DNA from: Epiperipatus broadwayi
Taxonomy: Eukaryota; Animalia; Onychophora
Assembly: GCA_028023455.1 (NCBI GenBank)
Contig: JAQFVV010000003.1
Span: forward strand, 29,202,001 to 29,266,000
DNA length: 64,000 nt
Direction: 5' to 3'
Position 1 is the stretch's first letter; every line of letters begins with the position of its first letter. The notes beneath the pieces were generated by a model. It ran no database searches. It had not been told where the DNA came from and worked only from the letters and a program-made list of their open reading frames with translations. Below are positions 50,631 through 64,000 of this stretch, in pieces. A program made the position numbers and the translations under genes.

Positions 50631-53600
50631 CTAAATAAAAATAAACAAAATCACATAAAGCTACTAATATTTTAATTGCACTATTATAAATTAATTACTT
50701 CAACTTATTTTTGTTGTTTACATTCATTAGCTAAATAAAAGTTATTATCATAACTTCATTTTTATTATTTATGTACTCAAATTTTATACATAATAATGAT
50801 TTTAAATTATAATTTGTTAATGCATATGATAAATATTGCTTTAATTGTATTTTTCTTTACTTTCAAATTGTTGCATTAATTTTTTTTTTTCATAAAAAAT
50901 ATTAAATAAAACTAAAAACTGAAATGCGTTAAAAACTGAAACTAACTTTTTGGTGAATTATAATTTTAAAGTAAATAATAATATATTTTTTTCTTTTAAA
51001 AACAACAAAAAAAAAAAAAAATGCAATTCATATTAACCATTAGTAAGTGATTAAACAATGCCATCTATTGGAAATACAGTAAACATCTCTCACTAATTTG
51101 CAGCAGAATATTTTAAAAGAAGATTTTATTGAGGCAAACACATATAATCAAAAACAATTACAATTTAGGCAGTCAGTGCACAAAAGAATATTAAATATAT
51201 TTAGAAATTAACAGTTATAAAAAAAAGATTCATTGTTACTTACGGATATATACTCACATATACATTAACATAGTAAAATTTCACAATATTAAAAAAGTGG
51301 GAACTATTAAGTAAAGTTAATTGTTAAGTGAATTTTTGCTCACAAGTGCATTTAGCAACAAACCTAGATTATCATTATATATAGTAGGTTGAGAGGTACT
51401 TTACCATAATATTATTTTATTAATACAGTTAATTTTCAACAATTATTAAAATTTCATTAATTATTTTATTAACATAATTAATTAAATATTTGTAAACAAA
51501 AGACAGAAATATATTCCACTATTTTCCGCATAATATAATATATATATAAATTTTTACTGATGTGAAATATTAATGCATGATTTCTTTGAATAGTCAAATT
51601 TATATCTTTTTTTTTTTTAAAGCATGTATTATTTAAAATATTAAATTTCTAATAGTGCTTAAAATAATTATTCTGTAATTAATAATTTTTAAATACTGTT
51701 GAGAGTATTATTAAACTTACAAAGAATTCATCATAACTTCTTGATCTTTCTTTTAAGCATAAAATAAGGAAGAAAAATTAAGTTACTGATAAAATAAAAA
51801 AAAAATCAGTTTCCATTAATAAAGGATATTTTTTTCCTAATGAAAAGCATTTTTAAATAAATTGTTTGTGCAGTTTCAGTATACAATCTTCATTACTATA
51901 TAAAAATAAATTTTTATATTATAACATTTATGGAAAATACTTAGAACTTATCTTCAAATATATGCAATAATTTACTGTTTATAAACATGTGTGGATGTGT
52001 AATAGATATCACTTAACCCAAAATATATGAATACTAAACACAATAAATATAACCTCATATAAAGTTTAAAAAATTGCTAAATACATATGAAAATTATTAA
52101 CAGAATGAAACTCTGAAAAGAAAATAATATTTGCCACAGTTCTCAATTCATAAAAGTAAGTGCATAAATAATTTAAAAGCAATGTTAATAATAAGTGTTG
52201 TTTACTACATATTAACAATTATGCTTAAATAACAAATATGGGTGGTTTGCCAATTATACTCAAAGTTAATGTCATAATAGAGCTTAACATTTGCATATAT
52301 AGCTAGTTCATTCCTCAAAGTTAATTAGTTTCAGAAAAATCACTGAATATAAACCATTAAACAGTTATCAAACTTTCATGGAAATAATGTTAATATGATG
52401 TAATAGGGACTGTAGTACAATATAAAATACTTTTTTTTTTTTTGTTTAAAAAAAAAGAGAGAGATTTTATTGAGGTTAACATGTACAATTAAAAACGATT
52501 ATAACTTGAACAGTGAATTCATAAAACAACAGCATATGTATATTTAAAAGTTACAATAGCTATATAACACCCCCCCCCTCATTATTATATATGCAAATTA
52601 ATAGTACATAAAAATACTTGCTTTTCTAATATTAATATTCGCATAGTGTTTAGAAAAAAAAGATTTAACAGGAAAAAAATCCTTTACTATGGTTAATTTA
52701 TAATAAATAGTATATAATAGATTATCTAATATAATAGTTAGAAGCCTGAAGTATTAGTTTTATTTAGATAAACTATTAATTAAACATTTTACTATGAATA
52801 ATTACAAATAGTTTTTACTTCATTTTCCAACTATTCTCAAAATGAATCAATTAGCAATAATTAATTTCTGAATTAAAGATATGACTAGATCCACTGATCC
52901 CAAAAGTTTATGATAAAGATTTACAGCTATTTATATATTTTTAAAACAATGTTGTTATTTATATGTGTATGGATTTTTATAAAAACAAACAAAAAAAATA
53001 TGCGTGCTTTAAGACTTTGTTGATGGAAAAAAACAAAATTGTTTCAAGTTACTATTTAATTATAATAAAAAGCTTCTGACATGTTGTTGTTTTTTTTTTT
53101 TTTCAGACAGAAACGCAAAAAAAAAAAATATTAAATCAGATGAAACTTAACAGTTTTATTCAAATAACTACAGTAAGATTTTTTATTTCTCTCAATTAGA
53201 AATCAAAAACAATATTGGATATAAAAAAAAAAAACAGGGAAGAAAGGGATTTCAACAGCAATGAAAGAAAAAAACTGAGTGGAATGAATTAATAACTTAA
53301 ACAAATTTTTAAAAATTTTAAAAAGAAAAACAAATATTTGGGCTTGTTTAAAATTTGTATAATACTTCATATAAATTAATATAATAATAATTGATAAAAT
53401 TATAAAATTACATTGTGGCAGAAAAATTAAAATCTATCAAGTTTTTAGATTAGTAAAATGCAATCTTGTATTAGGTATTTACTTATAGGCAAAAAAATGG
53501 TTATTTTATAAATCTAAATACATGGTGAACTGAATTTTGTTCTTGTAACTTTTTATAAAAAAAGTAATTCAATTATTTAGTATTCAATCAGTGAAAAAGC

Positions 53601-54399
53601 AAGTAATGATTATGAAAATAAGAACCTTCTGTATTTGAATAATTGTCTCTTTTTTAAAATGCAACTTTGCCTTTTATAGTCCATTAAAAAATTAAAAGAT
53701 ATTGTATAAAGTAATACTTATTCTTTTGAGTTTTCACTGACAACTTTATAGTAACAATAAATGTTTTGTTTTACAACTTCTGTTTATTGTAATGCAAATT
53801 AACAAGTTGATCAGTGGTAATAAATCTTCTTGAAATTATTTTTCTTGATGATTGAATATGAAATTAATATATATATATATATATTACAGAGAGAATTTCA
53901 TAAAATGAATTGCAGTACTAATTTACAAGTTATTAATAGACACAAAACATCTAGAAATTATCATTCTAATTAATAAATGTAATTCTTCAATATGAAATTA
54001 ATTATACAAAAAAAAAATTGAATTATGTTTGACATGGAATCTGTTATTTCCACAAATATGTTAACTTCACATTCAATAACTTGCAAGATTTTACTCAGTG
54101 TGTCCATTATCAATCTGTTCACAAAAATTTTAAATAACTTTTTAATATTCAACTTATTTTTTTCTAAAAAGAACCTAAAATATTTTTTTAATTATTAATC
54201 TAAATATATGATAACCAGCTAACATAAAAAAAAATCCCCATTAAACTCATCATTGATAAGTGGAATAAATGGAAGCAATCATAGCAAATTATTATTTTCT
54301 TCACTCTATTTTAGAGCCTTAGTAATCAATAGATAATAAGTGATATTTGATATCAAATCCACTTTCAGTCTTATCTTATCCACATCTTCAGAATAATTT

Positions 54400-55760
54400 C
54401 TGATTTATGGCCATACTATGTTTGCTTTAAAAAAAATACGTCAAGTATAAAAACTATGAAAGATGTGATATAAAATAGCTTGTCCTTAAATAAAATTAAA
54501 AGTTTCTGTAAATATACCATAAGTCCATAAACCCTGTTAAGCAATTAAATATTTCCTCCCTCTAAATTGTTATGTATTTCAATAAACCCATCTATTTCTT
54601 ACTTTTAATTGTCAAACTATTCTTCCAATTCTGATTTATTTCATTTTCATTGGACAATTCTACTATCCTCATGGTATCCATTTTTGTTATAAAGACTTAA
54701 TATAAAACCATAACATTTCTAAATCCTTCAATTCCCTTTATCCATTAGTTTTTTCTATTAGCCATACAAGTTAATCAGAGTCCTCTTTCAATATCCTACA
54801 TTTCAAAAATAAATAACTTTAAGTAAAACATCTTGTTCCATTTTATCTTTTTTACCTCTTGTATTTGAACTAAATAATATCTCTATAGTGTTATCATATA
54901 TCATTTCATATTTGGTATATTTATTATTCTTAAACAGTTGCTAATTTTATATTCATATTCATTTTCCATAACATTATTTATTTATTTTTTTTAACAAAAT
55001 TACTATCTTCTTTTCACACATGCCATAATTATTTTCCAGCAATACATTTTATAAACTTTTATTCTTTTTCTTATGCAAAACATAATTACAAATTCTTTAT
55101 TTGTTAACTTTGCATTGTTGTAAAACTTTTGTTGCCCAACATGTTTGTTGTTGTTGTCTTCAAATAATCCAAATAAACATTATTTTTATTAATTTATTTT
55201 CATTTATACAATATAAGCTTCCAAATATTTTTAATTTTCTTTTAGTTTCCTTAAATAAAAAAGTAATTCATTCCATTTCCCCTTGAATAAATTTATTTTC
55301 TGTCACAATTATTAATACTGAAGATTTACCTACTATTTTTTGAATTCTATCTAAAAATTTCTGAACACCATTGCCAATACAAAGTGCTTCATTTTCAAAT
55401 TATTCTACATACCTCATATTTATTAAGTGAGAAACATATGAGATTCTAAATCAATTCCTTTTTTTTTTTTTTGCCTTTCTTTTCAGCTTTAATTCACAAC
55501 CATCTGTACAATTCTTTTTTCCATTTAACAACATACTTAAATACCTATACTCCTTTACCTTTTCAAGACAAATATCTCATTTTTCATCCTTCTGTTTCAC
55601 CTTTCTTATAAATTGTTAGGACTTTAGTTTTTACCCACTGAATTTAACTTTATTATACTTTTTTTTTTTTATCTCTTCACACTTCTTTAATAATAGCTTT
55701 TCCATACTGTTTATATTATTTTCAAAAAATGCCATACTCTCTGCAAAAAAGAGTCATTTA
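54400..55760 (-). mobile_element. Highly decayed LINE fragment (RT C-terminus and downstream domain)
   Basis: LEKVKEYRYL motif; KIMFIWIIRRQQQTCWATKV is homologous to KIVLNWVVRKGQATRWVRKI at about 60150-60210. Confidence 0.6.
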
Positions 55761-56298
55761 AATGGATCATAGAATCATTTATTAGAAATATAGTAAACTA
55801 ATTCGCACCAATTTGTAAAAAATTGTACTGTTTACAATAAATATAAAGAAAAGGATATTTTTTTAAAAAACAAAAATATTTTGATAGCTTGTTTATATTT
55901 TCTCAGATAATGACTAAAAAAAGAAACAATCTTATTAAAAATGGAAAATATGGCCACTCTAAAAGCTTGAAATAACATATCGCATATTATGATTTAAAAT
56001 TTTAATAAAATTCTATTTAGTTTCAACATGTGAAGTTTTCAAAGGCAACCCTTTTTATAAAAAAAACTCATTTCATCTCAAAAAAGATTCATCAATAAAA
56101 AAACCAATTACATTATATAAAATTTTAAAAATATTAACGACTGACATCTTCATTTTTATTAAGACTATAAATATTTTCTAGGCAAATAATTCAGCAAAAC
56201 CTCCAGAGAATTTTTGGTTATGAAAGCTTCAATAAAAAGAGAACAAAACAGACACGCTTAATTCATTCTATTATGTATAAGTATTCAAATTACATTAC

Positions 56299-56388
56299 CT
56301 TGAACTGTTGAAATTGATAATGGAAGCTTCAAGTTTTTTGATAATCGAGGCAATCTTTTCTTCCTATCACACAATAATAAGTTAATCC
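56299..56388 (-). CDS. GTF3C1: Probable GTF3C1 linker exon: INLLLCDRKKRLPRLSKNLKLPLSISTVQ
   Basis: 90-bp phase 1/1 open exon with a strong polypyrimidine-CAG acceptor and gtaatg donor; phase-compatible with 50630. Confidence 0.72.
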
Positions 56389-57194
56389 CTGCATGGAAAA
56401 AAAATAAACATTATCCACAAATATTATTTTAAAAAATATCTTTCATTTAAAAATGTTATTAAATAAAAATACAATTAAATATTGCCCAAAAGATTAGTCC
56501 AACTAATAGTAAAATTTGGCTTCACGCAAAATGAAATCTACAATAATATATTAAAAATAAAACAAGAAATAAAACCACACTTAATAAAATATATAACTTA
56601 TATCTTTGGGTCCCATGATGCAATGATAAATGATAGTTCATCGACCTAATATGGTTATAATATGCATTTGAATCTGAGATGAGTTAACTTAAAAAAATTT
56701 TCAATAGAGCAACTATTTTTCTTTTAGATAGTTTGCCTAGAGCCAACCCATATAGAATGGTAAGTAAATATCTAATTATTCTTAGTTCAAACTCTTAACA
56801 TCCATCATTTGATAAATATGATGAGCATTGATTGTCTTTGAAGATTTCTCTCTAAGAGAACAATGGAGAGATTTTGTATATCATTAAGTATATATAATGG
56901 CCATTTTAGGTAAATCTTTGTAAAAAAATTTAAAAAAAACAACAACCATCAAGCATTATACAAAAATATAATCAGCAAAAACATTAATTAACTTTAGAAT
57001 GATAATAAAGATATCAAAAAAAAAGTAGAATAATTACTTCTACCAACCATAATATGAAGGTAGCATTATATTATCAAATTTTTTTTTTTAAGTCAATGAA
57101 TTGACACATATGTTAAATAAATACTTAAATGACTTAATACTGGGTGGCTAAATAATTGTTTTTGGGCCTAAGGGTATTGAGATTTTCTTAAAAG

Positions 57195-57811
57195 AAGAAA
57201 ATAAATATTAATAATGATGAGTTAATAGAAGTTAACAATTATAAATACCTTTTCAATTATTATTACAAATGGAAACATAATGAATAAAATTAACTATAGA
57301 ATTAAATTTAATTGAAGTGCATTTGGTAAGAATAACTTAATATTAAAAGGAAATATGTCTGTATGTTTGAAAAAAAAGGTTTTTACTAAATTTGTTTTAC
57401 CAGTTCTTACTTATGAATCTGAGACTTGGACTCTTAACAGAATAGCAAGACTTCAGATCATTCAATAAAGTATGGAGAGATGCATCTTAGGAGTAACAAG
57501 AAGAGATTGAAAATGAAAAACATGGGTGAGAGATCAAAAAAATATTACTGACATCATTGAAAGAATTAAGAGACTGAAATGGAATTGGGCTGGACATATT
57601 GTTAGATGAGATGATAATAGATAAACAGTTGAGATCATAAACTGGATTCCAAGAGATTATAAAATATCTAGAAAGAGATCATGTGATATGAATGAATAAG
57701 ATAAGGAAGTGTGCTGGGATAATGTGGAAAAGATAGAGATCGAAAATAGATTGAACTAGGATATCTTCATCTTGCAGTGAATCGATAATGATTGAAAATG
57801 ATGATGATGAT
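57195..57811 (+). mobile_element. 3' fragment of an RTE-clade LINE
   Basis: Clearly homologous to 22240-22876 (ttttaccagttcttactta...gagact; gagtaacaagaagagat); (GAT)n tail. Confidence 0.9.
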
Positions 57812-57829
57812 AGCTAGTTAAAACTTAAA

Positions 57830-59000
57830 ATCATTTTCCTTTACTTTATACAATAATTTAATCTCAAACTTTTCTATTCTACTTTAATTCTTCATATCTT
57901 TTCTAATTCCTTTTTATCTATCAGCACATATTCAGTACAATACTTCAGATTCTGTCTCAACCATTTAAACTCCCCATCATATACTTTATTCAAATTTCTA
58001 ATTTTCAGTCACAATTCTCACTCATCATTTTTAATAATGATCCAAGCATGTTCCCCCCCTCATCAATATCATTAATATGATCATTCATATCATCTACAAT
58101 CAATATTTTATAATTATTCTTTATAATTTATTTATAAATATTTTTTTCTACTTTTTCATACTCTCACCGTTATCAGTAACTAAATATATTATGTCATAGT
58201 TCATTTCTCTTTATCTAATTTCAGTCTAATGATATGTTCTTCATAATTTCTTTTTAAGGTATTCCCTTAATAATATTCCTATACCCCCCCCCCCCTTTAA
58301 AATTTTCTTCACATTTACTAAGTCCTTTTCATTCACATTTTTTAAAAAGCAGTTTTTTCATTTCACAAATCTGTCTCTATCACTGCTAATAAATTTAATT
58401 TTTCTCCTATAAAAATCTCATCCAACTCTTTCCACTTAACATCCTTGCCCTTCTTTTAAATATTATTTTCTTATAATTATTTATCCTTTTTTATCATTTT
58501 ATCTTTACCTCACATTGTTTTTTATCTTATTTACATTCTTAAATAAATTTCATTCCAATATCAGCCTTTCAAACTAATTGAGCACGCATATACTTTTTTT
58601 ATAACTACTCCAAAATTATATATTTACTCTTATTTATGCATCTTTTTTAGTTTAATGGATAGTTAAATTTATGATAAATTAACTCATCTACTATTTAATT
58701 CTCTCTCCACTTCCAATAAATATAATACATCTACTTAAAATAAATTTCTATTTTTAATAAAAATATCCTACAACGTCTAGCCTCAAATTAACACCACAAA
58801 CATTATTTGAATGTAACACACCATCAAAGCCTGAAAATAATCCCAACATTCCTACCTTATTCCTTTTCTTCAAACTCATAATCTTAAATATGCAATATCA
58901 TTTGTCCCCATCAATACTAAAACATTATTCTCTATATTTGTGGTTTTTTTTTTTTAAAATATCTAAAATCTCAGCATCTGGCAGAGACACAGTCTTACAT
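57830..59000 (-). mobile_element. Decayed LINE 5' part: ORF1 SGNH-esterase motif and AP-endonuclease motifs (RTE-X/CR1/L2-type architecture)
   Basis: Minus-strand NNVLVLMGTNDI (GxND), then LNLLAVIETDL, GGGIGILLR and ILIVDDMNDHI (ETW, GGGV and GDFN blocks, decayed). Confidence 0.65.
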
Positions 59001-59231
59001 CCATCTATCTATTTTTTCTAGCTAATATATTTCCATGTTCCCTATTGAATTTCTATTTTTTCTAGCTAATGTAATTCAGTGACCTCTATTGAATCACCCA
59101 ATAATACAATCTTTCTACTTTTAATTCCTCATCACATCCTCCCTCTAGCATATTCTTATCAATCTATAAATTAACTTGATAAGAAGAATTTGTTTGGAAT
59201 TTCCAACTGCATTGGAGAATTCATAGATTAC

Positions 59232-59296
59232 TCATGTTTAGAAGATATGATTTTAGAGAAGAGTGATAAAGTGAATTATTGCTCTTGGTGCATAAG
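59232..59296 (-). CDS. GTF3C1: Candidate upstream GTF3C1 exon: LCTKSNNSLYHSSLKSYLLNM
   Basis: 65-bp phase 2/1 open exon with ttttcag acceptor and gtaatc donor. Only splice signals and phase support it; no recognisable motif. Confidence 0.4.
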
Positions 59297-59469
59297 CTGA
59301 AAAAAATCATGTGATGCTTTGTTTGGTATTTATTATCCTTGTGGAAAATGATCAAAGATGTCTACAGTTATTTAAAATAAATAATTGCTAATCTAACGTC
59401 AGATCTATATATAGTTGTGTAAGCAGGTTGCTTGGTTCCACAAATTTAAGATATTTCAAACTTTAAGAA

Positions 59470-60255
59470 ATTTGCGATGTGCTATGGCTTCTCCTTTCTT
59501 GGAGTCAGGAATCTCTCAACACTATGCTTAGGGAAATCTGCTACCCACCTTCCCTTCCCTTTTCCCATCCTAAGTTTTTCACATATTCTTCTCTATCCTG
59601 CTCCATTCCATTTTCACAACATTATCTTGGTCTACTCTATAGCCTTTACATCTAGATCCCCCTTATTATTTTCCAGACCCAGCATAAAAACCAAGAACCC
59701 ACTTTCTGTATAGTCACATTGTTCACATTTATTCTCTCACAACTTCATTATATGTAGTCTTTCTGCTTGTAAGCATTTAAATTCAATTAACAGATGCCTA
59801 ATGTTTTCTATGCCTTCCTTACATAACTTGCAGATTAAATTACCCACATTTCTCCATTTATGTGTATATTCCCTTTTTGCTGACAATCCGGTTCAAGTCT
59901 TAAACAGTAAGCTATTATCATCAATTAACTCAAACCCAATATTCTGTTTACTTCTATATATATTTAAACTCTTTTAACTCTCTATACTGGTTCTCAATCT
60001 CTTCAACTCCCTATTTTTTATTAATGTATCTATTCATCTATTCCATTCCTTGTCATTACAACACTCAACAATTCTCCTAATACAATCATCCCAACTTTTG
60101 TATAAGTATACTGACATAAAGTCTTTATCCAAATCTTCTGCATATAATAATATCTTTCTTACCCATCTTGTTGCCTGTCCTTTCCTCACAACCCAATTAA
60201 GTACTATTTTGGCTATATTCTTATCATCCATAAATCACAATCTACCGAACATTAT
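59470..60255 (-). mobile_element. 3' fragment of the same LINE family (C-terminal domain and 3' UTR)
   Basis: ORF 60034-60231, an SLLFK-like motif, and a 3' UTR shared with 24104-24265. Confidence 0.6.
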
Positions 60256-60257
60256 TT

Positions 60258-60380
60258 AATGCAGTGGTAAAGTTTTTTTGCTGAAAAGTGAAAAGTGTAA
60301 GATTTTTTGAAATTCAATATTAAAGTATCAGACTCTGAAGTGTAAGGTCCTTGGGTCAATTCCAGTTCTGGGAATTCTGG
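60258..60380 (+). repeat. Degenerate tRNA-like SINE head
   Basis: gcagtggtaaag (A-box-like), followed by gactctgaa...ggtccttgggtcaattcc (anticodon arm and B-box-like). Confidence 0.35.
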
Positions 60381-60483
60381 TGCTCAAACTTTTTATATTA
60401 CAAGTATTGCCTTGTCAAAAGATGACTGATATTTCCATTGGTTTATTTAAGCAATGACTGTGATGACATGATTTATATATATA

Positions 60484-61440
60484 TGTAACGTGACAATTAT
60501 TTATTACCAATTCGATCTACTCCAGCTGCAATTTAAAAATTACAGCACCAGATTCCTCAGGCCTACAGCCATATTTCCAGGTTACATAACTTCTCGACTG
60601 CTGAATTCAAACCCTGTCATTCAAAATACTTTATCTGTTTTGAAGTGAACTTCAGGTGCCAGTTAATCACAAGAAGTAACTAACATACCCTGGATGACAG
60701 CTACTAACTCAGTGTCTGAATATCCCAACTAGCTCAATGGCAACAAATATAATAAAGTGCTTTAATTAGTGGTATGAGTAAAGAATTGACCGACAGTAAT
60801 TAACAGACAAATACTTTATTTTAAATAAAATGTTTAGTATAATTTGTAAACTAATTTTATTAATTTTTAATTAAATAAACAATGATTTTATGTATGATAA
60901 CTACACACATTCTTAATAAAAAATACAATAATAATGTAATATAAACACTATACGGATAGAGCGCACATAACCTTGGATTTTCAGCTAATTATTTCATGGT
61001 TTGAAAGTTCTGTAACTATTTATTTGATACTTTAGGAAGCACGTGAACCCACACATACTATAGTTCATTATATGCTGGTTATAGAGTTCATTTATTATAC
61101 TGACTCTGGAGATACTCAAAGATTGCAATGGCTACTTATAGATTAATAAAAAAAAATCAGGAATGTGTATAAGAAAATATTATCTATAGGATTTTAAACG
61201 TTGTGGCTTCTTGCTCTTTGCTGCTGCATGTGTGGTTTACAAATCGGTTGGGTTTTAGATTTTGAATGTGGTCCTAATGATTGCAGTTCCGGGCTACTTC
61301 TATTTCAGGCAGTTAGAGATTCTTGGCAGCTTCAATTTATTAGACGAGCTTGGCTTCTATCGAGCAGACTGCTGATGTTCTCGCGGAGGAAGGCTGGAGC
61401 TCGGTCGCATGCTCCAACTTCTGCTTAGCATGGCATTGTA
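60484..61440. mobile_element. LTR-like or A-type element starting TGTAAC after an (AT)n run; right boundary uncertain
   Basis: atatatatatTGTAACG start and a CpG-containing, GC-richer segment at 61200-61430 with a minus-strand AATAAA. Confidence 0.35.
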
Positions 61441-63139
61441 TACATTGAAAAATATATCTAATAGGTGATTGAATCTAGATATGTCAATGACTGAATGACG
61501 AAATTTGCAGTCCTATTTATGGATGCCATCTTGTTATTATCTTTTGGTTAATTTTTAAATCCGCTAATTATTTTCATTGTTCAAAATCCATCCACTGCTT
61601 TTGTTAACCAAATTTTCGATACGATGCATTTTAATTAGTCTTGTTGTTTATGGATTTTAGTTAGTTAATTAGTAGCCATTGCTAATCCCATTCCTATGCA
61701 GCTTATCAGTATATGCAATCTTTAAGGGAATTTTTTTAAAAATTCAATTAAGCTTTCATTTATTTTAATATTTAACTTTCATATTTTATTTACACACATC
61801 TATACACATTTTAATGTATTTTTTAAAATCAACAAATGCATTTTCTTATTTTCTTTAAATAAATGATAAGAGAGAAATATAATTTTTAAATCTTTTTTTA
61901 TTTAGTTAAATTTCTCCCCCCTCACATTGTTTTATTATTATTTTAAACTAGTAAAACTTATACTAATAATCTGCGCTATGTCTTTTCAACAGAATTAAGC
62001 AATACTGCTTCTTAAACTTTACTATTGATATCAGACTTCTAACACAATTATTTTTTCCTCTTAAATATTTTTTGGAATAAAATTTTAATCTTAAATCTTT
62101 TATTATGAAATTTGTAATGCTTAAATAATGGTACAATACATATATATCAAAATGAAAGTTGTCACAAGCAAAAAATGTATTATAATTCACAGAAATTTTC
62201 AAAAACAATCAGACAAAAAATTCTACACAGTTAAACCAAACATCCCATTTTCTGAAAATTATTTTAGACACTTGAGTTTATATTTACATATAAATAAGGC
62301 ATTAAATATTAAAATATTTATAATAAATTTTAAATTAATTAATTAAATAAATACAACAAATTCTTGGTCCATCATTTTTCAAAGGTCTAGATTAAAAAAA
62401 TTATAGTAATATTGAAATGATATCTTTTAAAAAATTTATGATTATTCTCTAAAATTCACAATGTTTTGTATCGATTATTTATGAAAAAAATTGTGTATAC
62501 ATACATATTTTTAATAATAAAGTAATTTCATATGTTTAAAAATTTAGATTAATATTTTTTTTTATTCTGACAATCTTGTTCTTATTTTGTTGATATTTCA
62601 TTGTATATAAAGTTAAATGTTAAGTGTTGTTGTAGTTAATTCATAAGGAGTTAAAGCATTTTTGGAAAAATAAAATAAACAAAAGTGACTATGAATGAGA
62701 CAGTTATTTGTTTTTATTTTGACGATCCTAAGTAAAATTTCAGAAAAAAAAAATTCTGAAATTTTACTTAGAAACTCAAAACAAATAACTGTCTCATTCA
62801 TAATCACTTTTTTGGCTGCAGAAAAGAGTTTGCTATTAACTGAAAGGAGATCCTTTGATTCCTCTTGGAGGCCTTAAAGGAACCGAGAAGGGCAAATTCC
62901 TAATGTCCACTCCATACGTTCTTGTCATTGCAGCTGTTATTACTATGTGATTATTCATATAGTATATGAACATGGATGGGCTGCTCACTAACAGGTATTA
63001 ACCAGCATGGTGAGTTTATTGGCTTTTTACCTCTGAGTTTAAGATCAAGAAACACCATGGTCTTTCTTCTCAGTTGCCTGATAAGGCAGAATAAATGTTT
63101 GTGTAAATGATAAATATTTTTCCAATACATATATACAAT

Positions 63140-64000
63140 TATGACAGACAAAAATAAATCATGGCCCTTATTCCCAGGCGGCTGTAATGTCACCAACCAA
63201 GGCAGCGGTTGGTGGCCGAAGGTGGAGGGTGCTAAGAAACCCCTGATTGTGGACCCAGACTGCCATTTGATGACGACTTTTTATTTAGGTACTTACAACT
63301 GCAGATCAAGGAAGATTGCAAGAATTAGAAGAACTGTCTTATATTAAATAGGACATTATTGGACTTTGTGAAGTTAGAAGAAAAGGTGAAGAAACAATTG
63401 ATTTAAAAATTGGACATGTACTCTATTATAAAGGCACAAATATTGGAAATACAAGTGGAGTAGATTGATGGTGTATCGGACAGAGTGGCAAGATTAGTTA
63501 TACAACTTAATAGCAGATACCAAATGCAGATAATTCAGGTTCATGCCCCAACAAGTTCTCATAGTGATGAAGTAGTAGAAGATTTTTATATGGATGTACA
63601 AAAGGCTTTTGATCAGAGTAAACAACATCTTAAAATTGTTATGGGAGACTTTAATGCTAGAATTGGTAAACAAATGAAAGATGAAAGTGCTGTAGGTAAT
63701 TTTGGTTATGGTAATAGAAATGAGAGAGGACATTGACTTGTGGAGTTTGCAGAAAAAGAAAAACTTTATATTATGAATTCTTTTTTTGAGAAAAATGATA
63801 AAAGGAAATGGACATGGAAGCATCCAAATGAAGGTACAGCAGAATTGGATTATATTTTGACTAACAAAAAATACATATTTCAAGATTGTAATGTTCTTAA
63901 TAAATTTAACACAGGAAGTGATCATCGATTAGTAAGAAGTAAGATATGTGTTAATGCAAAACTAGAGAGACAAAAATTATTAAGAAAAACAATATTTACA
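63140..64000 (+). mobile_element. 5' part of an RTE-clade LINE (AP endonuclease), running off the window
   Basis: LGTYNCRS, IIGLCEVRR, IIQVHAPTSSHSDEVVEDFY, IVMGDFNARIG, WTWKHPN, ELDYIL and GSDHRLV motifs, with frameshifts. Confidence 0.95.

Noticed and set aside
61201-61428. 75-aa plus-strand ORF with a hydrophobic start
   Set aside because: Lies in an LTR-like GC-richer segment, starts at TTG, and has no recognisable domain.

Overview
Very AT-rich eukaryotic (invertebrate, probably arthropod; inference) genomic DNA. The whole window lies inside one minus-strand, multi-exon gene recognisable as GTF3C1 (largest TFIIIC subunit). I could assemble 9 phase-compatible GT-AG exons plus one weaker candidate. 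Its introns (up to about 17 and 20 kb) are filled with mobile DNA: a decayed Mag-clade Ty3/Gypsy element, an internally deleted LTR element with a perfect 5-bp TSD, three RTE LINE pieces, fragments of an esterase-ORF1 LINE, and a tRNA-derived retrocopy with a 15-bp TSD. Two things stand out. (1) A young ~455-bp tandem array carries a minimal type-I hammerhead ribozyme in each unit, on the host sense strand, and has a fold-back sister copy; this is Penelope/retrozyme-like. (2) A 16-kb head-to-tail chain of three 3.5-5 kb units has TGTAAC...GTTACA-type ends separated by (TA)n, no LTR pairs or long TIRs, and a spliced gene I cannot assign to any family. All assignments come from manual reading and translation and from remembered family motifs; no database search was run. 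Boundaries of decayed elements are approximate.
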